Source of the DNA: Lepidodermella squamata
Taxonomy: Eukaryota > Animalia > Gastrotricha
NCBI GenBank assembly: GCA_047495785.1
Contig: JBLDXI010000012.1
Location: 930,001 to 994,000 of the forward strand
Reading direction: 5' to 3'
Length of the DNA: 64,000 nucleotides
The notes beneath the pieces were generated by a model, which was given only the letters and a program-made list of their open reading frames with translations, made no database searches and was not told the origin of the DNA. Of the stretch, positions 11,442 through 24,584 are shown piece by piece. Position 1 is the first letter of the stretch, and the number at the start of each line of letters is the position of its first letter. Position numbers and translations under genes: made by a program.

Positions 11442-14400
11442 TCAGAAATCAAACAAAGGAAATTGCATGACTCTTTGCATTTCAGTCGGCGCGTAGTAAG
11501 GATAGATCTTAGCCATTGGATTCTGGACATCATCGCTTTCAGCTGTGCGAGCCATAACAGCCTCAACGCAAGTTGTTTCTTCGCCGAGAGAGCTAAAGTA
11601 GAACGCCAAGTTGCGCTTATCGTCTGTAATTTCAATTTTCCTAAGCAACGCTTTGTTGCCAACTTTGTTCGAACGTGTCGTAGCATCAATATCCGGAGCG
11701 AAACCAGTTGGGACACCGATTTCAAGCAGAATCATGCCGGACTTTTCGGCTCGGTTAGTTTTAGCACTGGAAAATAAAACAAAAATTCTTCAAAATAACA
11801 ATTAAATAACAAAAGCTAACTTGGCACAGGCGAGATAGCTGTATGAAGGTCCGGGTTTCTTCGAGATTTCCAAGTTGAAATCCCCGGTATCAACGCCCTG
11901 TTCACCAAGAGCAACGTTGTATTGAATCGCTAGCTGCGCGTAGATCAGGCCTGTACCCTTAGCTGTCACATCGACCTGCTTCAGCGTCTGTTGGCGCTTC
12001 CGATCAGCTGGTTCGAACAGCTGGAAAATACGGTTGTTCAACGCGTTTACTACGAATTGTTTCTCCACGAAATCGTTCTCATCGCCGAAGGAGAAGCGAA
12101 CCGTGACATTGAGGTCATTTTTGGAAGCGTCAAACGCGGGTAGAAGTGCGATTTCAGATAGGGCGTGAACGCCGATAACCGTGTCTTGGGTTGAAATGAA
12201 GCCACCATTGAAATTGCGACGACTCAACAGCCATTTTGCGACGCCTAGAGCGTACGTCGTCCAGCGTTGGCTGCCGATATTTAACATGGCAAGGACAGCG
12301 TAACCAGCGGTTTCGATTTCATTGGCACGGCTCGACGATTTCCAGTGGACACCTTGGTCTGCCGAGGCGATAGATTCGAGGCGTTGTAGAGCTAACTCGG
12401 CCTGTGGCTTATCGCCAGGCAGGATTGAGCAGGCATAGGCGGCAAGAGCGAGTTGATAAGCGTCAGTTGAATCGGCGATAGTTTTGAAAATGGCGCTTCG
12501 AGTCGATGCGATTGAGCTCCAGCCAAACTGAGTCGCGTTACCGCCAGATTCGGCGAAAGTTGCGTAGATGTAAGAGGCTAGGTTGACATCGCTCGAAACA
12601 CCACCCTTCATGTCTACAATTGAGAGGAAAAAAGTTCACCAGGTAAAAAATGTATCATTTTAAATTTTAAATTATTTAAAATTACAAACATGAAATCGCC
12701 TTGATTTTCGGAAGTTTTAAATACATCTTTTATATTGAAAACAAGGCAATTAAAAGTAAAATTAAAATTGCCCTAATTTTAAAAAATTAAGCTCATTCTT
12801 ACTCTCAAATTTCATTGCGATGAAATAATAAAAAAAAATTCGAAAAACTAATTTTGAACAGCTCAGAAAATGACTTCAAAAATCAAAGACGGTCGAGGGA
12901 CATTCTCATCTCCATTCAAACTTTAAAAAAAACTTGATTTTTTGGTTAAAAATACGGGAAAATTTTAATTTCTTGAGAATGGATACGACCAAACCAGGTC
13001 AAAATAGATTCAGCCAAATTATTATGCACGTACCTGGACTAAACATGAAACCAGGGTCGTCAAAGAGGCCATCTTCGCGAGCTTGGCTTCGAATAAACTC
13101 CCACGCCGAGTCGAAAAGGTTGTGGCTTATGTCGACGCCGAGTTGCTTCGTGGCTGATTTGAAGCTGCGGAACACGAACGCTGTTAGCCAAGTGCTGCTG
13201 AACCGATCTCGAGGGCCGAAAGCACTGAAACCGCCGTCTTCATGCTGCAACTGTAACTGCTCGACGTAGCCTTTTGTAACCAACTGCCAGCACGTTTTGC
13301 GATCATCCGCAGTCAATGAGCCAGATGCCATTTTGAATTTGCAAGTGATAACCTCAGTAGCCAAGGTCGCCATTTGCTGCTCGCCGCAACCTTTCGGCAA
13401 GCTGATGTAACTTCGCGAATTCGACAGCAAAGGTCCAAGCACATTGCCGGTGACAGCGAAGTAAAACGCCTTCGATCCATCGACCAAGAACGGAGACAGC
13501 TCGTCAATCTCAATTTTGAAGCTGGAAACTGGGTTCTTCGAAACTATTTGCAACGTGGAACCTTTGTTGGCGAAACGTTTTTCACCCTCAGCTTCAACTT
13601 GGATCTCCTTCTTAACCCCATCGAAGCTGTCGTCATTGGACCCGTTAAGAAACAAGTTCAGCTTGCCGAGTGAGATTGGTTTGATCCAGAATGAAACTGA
13701 TGAGCCGCGATTCGGTGGTACAACAATTTGCCAGACAAGGACATCGCTCGAATAGGATTTCCCGTCGAGGCTAAATTCAAAATCATCGGATTGAGCGAGT
13801 TGCAGTTTAATATCGTTTGGCTCGGAACGGTAGTTGAATGCTGTAGCTTTGATGAGTAGCTTTTCGCCTCGAATCATCACCGACTGGTTGAATTCAAGAT
13901 TTACGAAGAAGTCTTGGAAGACGAGAACTTCAGCCGGCGAGTTCAGGGTTCCGAATTCGGCGTCATTCGTCAGGCCAAAAGCAGTGACGACATACGTGGT
14001 AATCGTGTCAGGAACTGTTAGAAGCTGCTCATAAGTTCCGTTCGAGCTGGAGTTATATAAGAGAAAACGATGCATTTCTATAACAATTAGGATCCCATTT
14101 TTAGCCTGGTGTATTTGCATTTTATCCAAAATTGTTGGGGTTGATCAGGATAATTCGGCTCTAAATAGGATTTCCCATGAACTTTGAAGAATTTTGGTTC
14201 ATTTTCCCAACTAAGAACTCAAATTAAAACAAAACAGTAGACTTGCTTCAGAAAGGTCCGATAGGTTCCGATAGTTACCCATAGGTCCCCGCAGATAATC
14301 CCCTACTACCTCGGGGGCCTATCGGGGATTTAGGACCTATGGGTAACTATCGGAACCTATCGGACCTTTGTGAAGCAAGTCTACTGTTTTATTTTAATTC

Positions 14401-17400
14401 GAGTTATTAGTAGGGAAAGTAGGGGACTCGGAAGTACAGATGTAATAGCTTAAAGCGCTAAATGAATTAAATTACTCAATAAAAAATCAAAATAATGCTT
14501 ACGGAGAAATGAAGAATAAAATATCTTACTTGGAGCGGAAAGAATACCACAGCCACGTTTCGGCGAAATTATCGCGGACTCGCTGGTTCATCTTCTTGTT
14601 TTGGCTGCTGACAGATTGTGGCCTGATTCCCCCGAAGCCTGCCCCGCCTAACATGCCGCCATAGGGTATGAAACCAGCGGAGCGGTCTTCATTGCCAGCG
14701 TCATCAGCATAATCAGTCTGATATGTTGCAATCTGACCGCAATACTTTTGATCTACAAAATTAGTTATCAGCTCAACGCGAGCAGCCTATTCAATCATAT
14801 AATAATCATTAATAAATTTATCTTTATTCGAGAACAAACTTTGAAAACAGCTTTTGCGCAGGCTTCCTTTATTTTGTTCGGCCACCAGCCGCAATTTCCA
14901 GAGCATGACGAGTAAGAGGGATAGCCAGAGGATAGGCTCAACGCGAATTCAGAGCGAACATTGCCGGCAGTTACATCGTTGCCAGTTCCAGACATCAGGC
15001 GAACACTTTTATCCACCGCTAACAACGCGACGGTTGTGTTTGGCTGAGATGTTTCAACTCGCATAACCACCTCGCCACCAGGTGTAGTCCGACTAGGGGT
15101 GAACTTTACGCTGAGAAGGCCGTTGCCCTTGGCCTCGGCGACTTCGAGATGATAGCCATCGGAAATGATCACACCAGACGGATCAATGGTCCAAGCGATG
15201 ACGGAAACTTGTGGTGCCGAGCTTGCGGGTAAGATGGATTTTCCAACTAAAAAATCCGTCGATTTCGAGAGATTGTAATCTTGCTGGGCTAAAATTCCGC
15301 CATTTTTGACAATCTGGAAGCAACACATTACTTTAATTTAGCTCATTTTAAATATACTAACCATGACATGAATGACATCAGCTGGAAAGTTTGTCCTAAC
15401 TTCGTACTCCAGAAACTGCCGCTCCTGAAATTACGATTAAAAGACCTTAAGAAATTGATTGCAAAATATTCTAACCTTCGGGGTCTCACCACCAGCTCCA
15501 ATGAAGTTAAGAGCAATAGCGTTGTTATTCATCTTGCGCCATGAGTTTCGGTTAGAAACTGCCACGCAGTATTCACCGTTTTCTGTCTCTTCTTCAATGC
15601 CGACATTGATAATCGCGCTTTGGGCTTCGTTCGAAGTCTCGAAAATTCCAACAGCAAAACCGTTGCTGTCAGTTTTCACGGTCACCTTTTTGCTAGCCAG
15701 TGGCCTTCCATTATCGTTGCTGTAGCAAGCTGGGTACGGCGTTGTAAATTGGAGAAATTCCAAATTGAGAGTTACGCCAGGAATAGGAGTTTGGTCGAAA
15801 CCGGCAGCTTGAAAGCGGGCGATAAATGGCAGGCCAGGTAGTAGAGATTGCGTTGAGGATTCTTGCATATGAACGTCAAATTTATGCTTGTAAATGTTGA
15901 TATTGCTCGTTTCAGCAGTAATCTTCTCGCCAGTTACGTCGTCAACCACTGAAGCAGTTACCGAGACTGAGCAAGCAAAATCGCGCCGGAAGGTTCGCTC
16001 GAAATCAACGAGGGAGTTCAAATCGTGGGCGTAAAATGGAGTCTTCACCCGAGTGCCGTCAAGCTTGATACTGAGATCGATGGATCGCTTGATCGGGGTG
16101 GCTTTCACGGATCTGTATTCGTGCGACAGAACATGATTGATGTACATTTCCCGCTGCTGTTTCACGCATCCGGTGGAGACTTCAAGTTTGATATTCGCCT
16201 TCCCGATCAAAGGTTTACCGAAAGTGTACCTAAAATTGAAGTAAATTGCTTGTTAACAACTCTTTAGGCCTCTTTTTGGCTTTGCGAAGTACACAGATAA
16301 AGGAATGACCCTATGGAATGGCTTTCATTATATACATGTAATACTTTGCACATTTTTGGAACTTTTGGAGGCCTTTCAAACCTTCTGGACCTTCAGGACC
16401 TTTTGGGCCTGTCAGATCATTTGGACCTTTCGGACCTTTTGGACCTTTCGGAACTTTTGGACCTTTCTGACATCGCCTATCTAAGAGAGCAAACTAAAAT
16501 TTTGAAAATCAGAATTATTTTCCCAACCGTTTTTGAGATAAGATTTTTCTAATTACATGCTTTTAGAGAATTTCGGTTCAATCTTTGCGAATTATTTGCA
16601 AAGCTGCATTATATATGGCTGCTTGTTTTGAATACTATAGAAACAATAAGTAAAACAGAAAAATTTACTTGGCGACGACGAAACCTTGGTAGTTGGACTC
16701 ATTGGATGAATAGCGCCAAAACTCGCCAGGAAACTCGAGCGCCACCTCATACTTCGGCAAAACATACTGTTTCACCGTGAATGATTTCGTCGTTGAGGCT
16801 AAACTAGGATAAAGTGACTGATTGCAAGAATTTTCCCGCTCGCATGCGTCGCGCACTACGACAGACCAGCCCCCGGTCTCGGCGACCTCAGGCAGCGAGA
16901 ATTTCGTCTCGAACAACGCTGACTGCAACGCATCGTGCTGCCATTCGTGTAGCACGGAGCCTTTCGGGTCTTCAACATGAATGATAACCTTCAAAGGGCG
17001 TGCGACTGGTCGACGCGTATAGTCGAGCAGAATGACGCGCAGTTTGACTTCCTGGCCAGGTTTGTAATCGACCTTGTCGGTTTGAATGAAGGCTGCGACG
17101 TCTTTCAACTTCTCGGTTTCCACGCCGATGTCGCGAATTCTTCTCAGACCGAGCGATGTGAACGAAATTCCAACAACAGGGGAGCCTGAAACATTTTTAG
17201 CTGGCCGAATGGTCTAAAATCCGAATTTAAATCAGGTCAGAGCTAAAATTATTTCATTCTATACTTTGAAGGTAAATTGTTCCGTTCCGTCTGAAAGCAA
17301 AAAAGTTATATAAAATTTTAGGAATCTTTATTCGAACCTACATTTAGTTTGCTCGAATTCTTCCTTGGCGAAAACCACGCCAGAAATGGAGAGATTCGCT

Positions 17401-17654
17401 CGGAATGTCACGGGCAGGCGCGAAAAATTCCCAGGTATTAAGGTCAGGTGAAAATTGTAAGGCTCATTGTAACGATAAACTTGTGGAAAATTTAGAACGA
17501 ATCTATAGGATGCCAGAAAATTTTCAAACGAATAAAAATTACCAAATGACTTTTATACTCACCCTATATCGGTTTTAACTGTTTCTTTGGCGAAGCAGGA
17601 ATCTGGTAGGTCAGACCAGATAAATATTAAGCTCAACAATAGACGTGTTCTCAT
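11442..17654 (-). CDS. Thioester-containing protein (alpha-2-macroglobulin/CD109/iTEP family), multi-exon
   Basis: FIQTDKVDYKPGQ, YVLPKYEV, LLAVDKSV, RDNFAETWLW, PDTITTY, thioester motif GCGEQ, STWLTAFV, GGFISTQDTV and a receptor-binding domain. The signal-peptide exon starts at 17654. Confidence 0.93.
14203..14418. mobile_element. Intronic foldback/MITE with about 85-bp inverted arms
   Basis: acagtagacttgcttcagaaaggtccgataggttccgatagttacccataggtcc and its near-perfect reverse complement enclose a ~45-bp loop. Confidence 0.7.
16355..16470. repeat. Intronic 9/18-bp minisatellite (GGACCTTTY-like)
   Basis: Tandem ggaccttt(c/t) units inside a TEP intron. Confidence 0.75.
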
Positions 17655-18431
17655 TTTATTGTTGAGGTTAAAATGGAAGGCTCGTGAATTGGAATGGTGA
17701 GAATTTAAAGGAAGCGCCACGAGTCATAAGTCATGCTGCCACCTCACCCTCACCTGATACATGTGGCGCTGTTTAACCAGACTTTTTACTGGCGGGAAAA
17801 GCATGCTGCCCAGTGTGGTACATTTTTATCAGTGTTGTCCCACTTCAGCAGAGAAAATTTGTGAACATTCGCTATAAGGGACATTCTGAAGGGAATTTTG
17901 TCATTCACGGCCATCTGTATATAGGCTTCATATATTTCATTTGTCCTAATCAGATTCGATTGCTAACAGGTATTGAGCTAAAACTGAACTGGGACGAGGC
18001 AAGCTTTGCAGAGTAGAACTGCGGTTTTATTCACATCAAAATGGTCAGGGGATGAGGGCCGCATTTTCGTTTTTTGGGGAAGTTATCTTCTTCTCGGAGT
18101 TCTTCGTTCTTCAGCCTTTAACTGCAAGAATTTCGCAACATTTTACGTGTACCAATCCGTCATTATTTTTGGCAGATTATCAGAGAAATTGAAATAAAGG
18201 AGCCATAATAGCTTAGTATTTGCATCTTGAAACTTTCATCCAACTTTGTTTGGGTCGGTGACTAATTAAAAGCACAGTTTATTGACGGAAAAAAGCCTTA
18301 ATATCGCCGCTACGTTACGGGAAAATTAACGAGCAAGACTGATTTTACCAATAAAACACACATACGCAATTAATTGGAAATTTTCTGTTTTCAACTCGTG
18401 AAAACGAGACATTCCTCGAGACTACTGGAAT

Positions 18432-19708
18432 ATGGCGAAGCGATTAATTGCAAGCATTTTAATATTGACGCAACAGCTCGCCTCAAGCCTGGTATTTGAC
18501 ACAGATTTCATAGGTTTCCGAGAAAAATTATTTCCCACTATTTTTATATAAAGTATGTAGATGTGTCTCCGGAACGAGTGGACGCGGTAGAAGCTTTTGA
18601 TTATCACCAACATTTAACGCGACACTGCCGTTTACTTCCTCAAATCAACTCGCCTAGTGAATTTCGCGGCTATTCGACGAATATCACTGCCAATTTTCAA
18701 CTCGATCGATTTTTCGAAATCAACGACGTGGAGCAAACGTTTTCCGTGCAAGGCACTCTTCAGATGGTCTGGAACGACTCATGCCTACCAAAATTGTACA
18801 AAAACGCTAGTATATGGCCGCCTGAAGTTACAAATTTATTTACGGATAATAGCGAATATTGGTGGCCGACAGTTATTCATCGGAATGCAGTTCAAGACGT
18901 AGCAATTTCTAGTGAATCTTTCAAAAAATTCACATCAAGTAACGTCAGAGCAGGCTGGTTTGCCGCTGTCATGTCAGGAAGATTCGACTCATCCTGCAAT
19001 CTGGCCTTCTACTACTTCCCATTCGACGTGCAACGCTGTCACATTCGATTTTTTATCATTAACAGAATCGAATATGCCGAAATTACAAAAGCGATTGCCT
19101 TCGGCCGGGTTTCACTCGCGGCGAAAACGTCGAATTGGGAAGTTGTGTGTATCGAAGGTTCGGTCGCCCGGCGAGATATGACTGAAGTGAAATGGGCGAT
19201 TTATTCCGAGGCAATTTTTACGCTGACCCTTCGCCGCCGTTCCTGGTATTACCTTATGAACCTATTTGCGCCCAGTGTCGTCTTGAATTTCATGCTATTT
19301 ACGACTTTTCTCATTCCACCCGAATCGCCAGATCGAGCTTCGATTTCGTCAACAATCATGTTAGGAATCACTGTTATGCAAACGATAATCAACTCGTTCC
19401 TGCCGCAGACTTCTGAGGACATTTTGGCGTCGTATTTGGTGCTTGGCCAGATCCTTCTAGCCCTGATGTGTTCGTTTCATGCATCTTTTATGTGCTGGTA
19501 CTGCACGGCTCGCAGGAAACGTGCGAGACGAGCTGTTTGCCTTTTCGGTTTTAAAACTCGGGTTTATCGATTGGTAGATGCCGGATATTTTGTCTTCTCC
19601 GTTGTTATGATAGTGGTTCTATATGGGGTACTCGCAAGACTCTACAGCAATCAAGAAATAGTGAATCATGGAGATGGTTTGGACTCTGAAATTATTTCAA
19701 AAGAATGA
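18432..19708 (+). CDS. Atypical Cys-loop ligand-gated ion channel subunit (paralogue of 9901-11161); exons 18432-18491 and 18554-19708
   Basis: Signal-peptide exon MAKRLIASILILTQQLASSL, the identical Cys-loop CNLAFYYFPFDVQRC and identical M2 PDRASISSTIMLGITV. Confidence 0.9.
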
Positions 19709-20504
19709 CGTCTCTGGACGCTTACTCCGATTTTTCATTAATTTTTTGAAAAAATAAAGCGAACTTGGAGCGTGCTGCTGTCCCAGAAGTTGCGCAACTA
19801 TTTTATAAATTGGCAACTTTTTTTGGGAAATTTAACTAATGTTTTTAAATTAATCCTACAGAGAGAAAATTCCATCTTTTATCCGCGATTTAACCGAAGA
19901 AAAAAAGATTACCGGAGAAAACCCGGAAAAACCCCGATGGTAACTCGTTCGGTAATTTTCCATATTTTACCCGGTTGGACCAAATTTCTCCCGGTCTTTT
20001 AACTAATTCCTTAACAAGTGACATATCTGATTACTATTCTAGTGATTTTTTTAATTTTTAATTTTTAATATGAATGAGGTGTAACTTCGGGTCTATTTCA
20101 TCTGCTCGCGGAAAATTAATTTTCAATTGTGAAATACAATTTTATTTCGTTTTAAATTGAATTAAATTAAATTCGTCTCTCACTGTAGAGCTTCTGAATT
20201 CCTTTCAGTGTATTTTCTTTGCTTGCTTCTAATGGGACATGCTGTATTAATTTTCGTTAAATTCCTTTCAATCAATTTCAAAATTAGCGGCTCTCATTAA
20301 GATGGTCTAGAACTTCTTTTTCTTTTGTCGCCTATGAGTACGAGATGTCATAATAAGAAATATTGTTTATCAAATTTTTGCCATTTTTTATTAATTTTCG
20401 AGAATTGTAGTGGATGATAATAACAAACTCGGTGATTTTCCAGAAATTTCCGATAGATAACAATAACATGAGCAAATTATATTCTGATCATTGCGTAAAA
20501 AACG

Positions 20505-22506
20505 CTACCGCCTATGCCTGAATATGATGAATTCAGTCTGGCTAACAACATCAGCCAGCCACTCGTAGAATTCGCAGACGTTGATATACACATCGATATT
20601 ACCCGTCTGGCAAGACGTGTGGAAGGCGAGTAACCCTTCGAGGGAGAACGATCCAGCTTTATTCCGGCAAACCAACGGCCCGCCATTGTCGGCCTGGCAG
20701 TGCCCAGCGCGGCCAGGATCGGCAGCCTCGGAGCAAGTCAGCTGGCGAGGCATGTAATAATTGCCGCCCTTCTCCGCCAATTTGTTATTTATCGACGTCA
20801 CGCAACGTGGGTAGGTTGTCAACGGTTTGACAGCGGCTTTGAACATGAAAATTCGACCAGAATCGACTTGATCCTGCGTTGATCGCCAGCCAGATGTCCA
20901 GCAAATGTTCAGGGCAGACTGGCGAAGGGCGGATCCAGCACATGTTCGGCCATCGGGTAAACAAATCGGAACAATTGCGTTCGAAAGAGTCACGTCTAAA
21001 TTCATTGAAAAAATTAAAATATTAAAAAATAATTTAAAATTGTAAATTAATAAATTAATTATAATTAATTCGTAAATAAAATAAAATAAAATAAATAAAT
21101 TAAAATTGAATTTCGAAATTTAAAATATTAAATATTAAGGGTTGCTAACCATCGATTTTCAGAACAGCAATGTCGTTATGGCGTAGTTTCGGGTTGTAAC
21201 CTTCGTGAATTACCACTTGCCGAACAACACCCATTTTTTCAGTGGCTTCAACTGAAGAACGACTGACTTCCCCAAGGAAGACCTTAATACGATGCGGCTC
21301 ATCCGCCACGTCATAAACACAGCTGGCTAGCGTGACAATTGAACTTGGATTTTCAATCAACGCCCCGCCACATAGACGACGTGGGCCTGTCAACGGTTTT
21401 ATAACTAACCGAACCTGCCACGGAACTTCACCAACTTGCGCTTTTGGGTAAGACGCGTTAATGCGGTTGCCGAAACTTGGCACTAAGCCACATTTCGACG
21501 ACGAACCCGAGAACGTTGGTAGAATCGGGGATGGTTTGACAGTCATTGCGTATTTGAAGCTGGGTAACATTGGCTGGGCTTTCACCCCAACATCCCAACG
21601 AGGCCAGGTAAATTTCGGGCTGGTTGAAGTTAGCTCCGTTGTTGTCGTTGTCATCATTTCAGTGGTTGTCGAAGTCGTTGTAGTCGGGGTTGTAGTACTT
21701 GTAGTAGTGGTCGTAGTAGTCGTTGGCTCTTCTGTTGTAGTAGTTGTTGTAGTGGTAGTAGTGGTACTAGTTGTTGTAGTCGGTTCCTCAGTAGTAGTTG
21801 AAGTACTAGTAGTCGTCGGAATTTCGGTTGTAGTCGAAAGTATTTCCGCAACAGTTTCAGTCAACGACGTGAAAAATTTGACCAAACTCGACCCGCCGCC
21901 ATCGCCCGCTGTAGTCGTGACCTTCCGAGTCCTGAAAAACTGCGGCTTCCTCCTCCGATACCTCCTAGTGGTCGGCGGCATTTCAGTTGTTGTTGACGTT
22001 GTCGTAGAAGTAGTCGTAGAGGTTGTACTTTCTGTTGAAGTAGTAGGTTCCCACGCTGCCTCCGTTGTCGCATCGTCATAAACATCCGTAGCTCGACCCG
22101 CGAATGGCGTTGTCATATCAGCAACCGTAGAGCCGCCGCGATATTCCGGCAATATCAATCCAGGTCGAACGTGCTCGTTATAAAACGCGCGTTCCTCCTC
22201 GATATCGGCCCACAAATCGGTTTCGTACGAATATTCGTAAGCGGCTGGTGACAGAGCCGGCATGTGGCCCGGAACTCGTTTCCAGCTTTTCGGGACCACA
22301 TTGAGTGGTTGATTTTGAGGTGGAGGAGTCGGTTGTCCTGTGGTTGTAGTCGAATCAACTTCGCCAGAATAAACATAGACTGTTTTAGTTCCGAGACAAG
22401 CGAAAATTCCTGAAAGTCACTAGAATAGATAAAATCTTTAGAATCATTAGCAAATTATACCTTGAAAGAAGTTCGCAGTGAAAATGATCGTCAATATCCG
22501 ATTCAT
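20505..22506 (-). CDS. Secreted serine protease homologue (non-catalytic) with mucin-like Thr-rich stalk; 3 exons
   Basis: Signal exon at 22506, poly-Thr region, GEVPWQ, LCGG, TLASCV, NDIAVL and CQADNGGPL (His and Ser both lost). Intron positions match those of 7558-9325. Confidence 0.88.
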
Positions 22507-23811
22507 TCTAAAATGTTGTAGAAATTCTAAAAATTAAAAAGTAATTAGTGTCACCAAATGAAAAACCGACATGGTGGCTTGTTTATTTACTGATGATTTA
22601 TTCTCAAACAACATAATAAAATAAATTTTGTCGACCAGCGCGCGGTGAAAACATAGCGATGTTCGAAAACATGTAATTACAAGTTGTTTTCACGTGCGCC
22701 ATCAGTAAATTTGACGCGATCGGTGAAAAATTTGTTGCGAAAAAATAATCACCGTGCGAGTAAATAAATAAACACGGCGCGAAAAAGATTGAAACACTCT
22801 CGTGTTTTACCTGTTGAATGCGTGTTTTAAATTTGCCATGCGTAGTAGTAGCAGTCGTCGGTATTTTGTATCTTCGCGCGCATTTATTGAAAACGTGCCC
22901 GTCGCGTTTTATTGCGAGCGCGCATCATCAATGGCGCCATCGCATAAACAGTGTTATTACTATTATCAATTATTTACCTTATTCTTAACCGCTTTTTGTT
23001 ACGACTAGTGTCTTTATGACACGTCTCCAGTCCTTGACCAGGTTTCTTTTTTTTGATAGCCAGACAAACGTGTCATGCATAATTATATTTGCGTTTCAAT
23101 TTTGAAAACGTACCTTCATTCAGAAATTTTCTCTGTTGCCGGGAGCAACACGCCCAAGAGCGGCTGCGAAGGCAGCAATTAATGCGATAACGCGGTCTCA
23201 GATTCGCATGGTTGGTCAACCATTGAAAATGATAAAATTATACCCGTTTTGATAAGTTTAAAATATGACCAAGAAAACTTGTTGTCGGTAGAGTATTGGA
23301 ACCGAAAGCTGGGGAGCGAAAACATCTAATGGCGAATAACCAAAAATGAATGACTTGTGTTTACAACTAAACAAATTCAATTGAGTAAATAGAAGGGACT
23401 GGACGGAAAAGGTATAATTTGGCTGGACGGGTGGAACCGTTATTTCTGTTGTGACTTTTGTCTGTCATAGATACTGCTCCTGATTTTTGTGAAGCAAAAT
23501 AGGTTTTTGATCTTGGTTTTGGGTTCGACGTTATGCCTTCGCTACACTGAGCCTCAACGGATAGGCTGGGTGCATTCAATTGTCATGGCAGGAAACTTTT
23601 TTGGTGAATTTTTCAACTAATTCAAACTTCGTGTTTTATTATAATTAATGAAAATCTAATGAAAAACATATAAAATGCGCATTTCCGAATAATACAACTT
23701 CGATTCAAGAAAAGGCAGAGCCTCATATAAAAGCTTGAACTTCTCTCAAGCATAAGCATCATCAGCAATCTCTTAAAAGTTTATCTTTTCCGGCTAATTC
23801 AACAATCCAGA

Positions 23812-24403
23812 ATGCGCGCTGTCCTAGTTTTGGCTGCTGTCGCCCTCATGGGCGTTGGTAACAGCATTTCTGATGCATTATTTGAAATTGCATTTATGTT
23901 CCATTTCAATATCAGCTTTCACCAGCGTTGAGGCTGGTCGTGGTAACAAGGGCAAGAGCGTCTCGAAGAGCGTCTCCATCAGCGTGTCGTACAACCGGCA
24001 GCCGAAGAAGCACGCGATGAAGAAGCGCCCGGCCAAGAAGGCCTTCGTCGGTGGGCGCAAGCACCGCCGTGCCTCGTTCTCCAAGTCCGTGTCCGCGTCG
24101 GTGTCGGCCCGCACGAACAAGCACACCCGCAAGGTCTCCACCAAGAAGTTCATGCGCGTGCACAAGCGCGGATCCATGTCCGGCTCGTACTCGCGCTCGG
24201 GCTCCTTCGGCGGCTACAACAACAAGCATGGCAACAAGAAGGGCCATGGTGGCAAGAAGTTCGGAGGCAAGAAGCACGGCGGCAAGAAGCACGGTGGCAA
24301 GCACGGCAAGGGTCGCAAGGGCAGCAAGAGCGGCAGCTACTCGGCCTCCAACAACTTCTCGTACTCGGTCGCCGTCGAGACCGGTGCTGCTCCCAGCAAA
24401 TAA
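23812..24403 (+). CDS. Secreted highly basic Lys/Arg/Ser/Gly-rich protein with (Ser-X)n blocks, copy 1; exons 23812-23857 and 23916-24403
   Basis: TATAAAA at 23726, signal-peptide exon MRAVLVLAAVALMGV, phase-1 intron, strong codon bias, downstream AATAAA. Confidence 0.88.
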
Positions 24404-24584
24404 ATGATTTCAATGAAAAACTCTGCTTCAAAATTGATAATTTATTCCATGATCTGAAATCTGAAGAATAAAATACAGAAATATCTCTATATTCCAATTT
24501 ATCCTAATATTACAGTTGATTTAGAGGAAGAAGGGAGCCTATTTCAGGCAATAAATGCGCCATCATTCAGCTAATTCCATTTTG

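Noticed and set aside
16313-16552. LRR-looking ORF (LLDLSDLLDLSE)
   Set aside because: It is the translation of an intronic 9-bp minisatellite.
21461-22081. Val-rich hydrophobic ORF
   Set aside because: It is the antisense shadow of the poly-Thr (ACN) stalk of the minus-strand gene.
23812-24403. Basic protein as histone H1 or protamine-like
   Set aside because: All five copies have a signal-peptide exon and no winged-helix or histone fold, despite the histone-cluster-like tandem layout.
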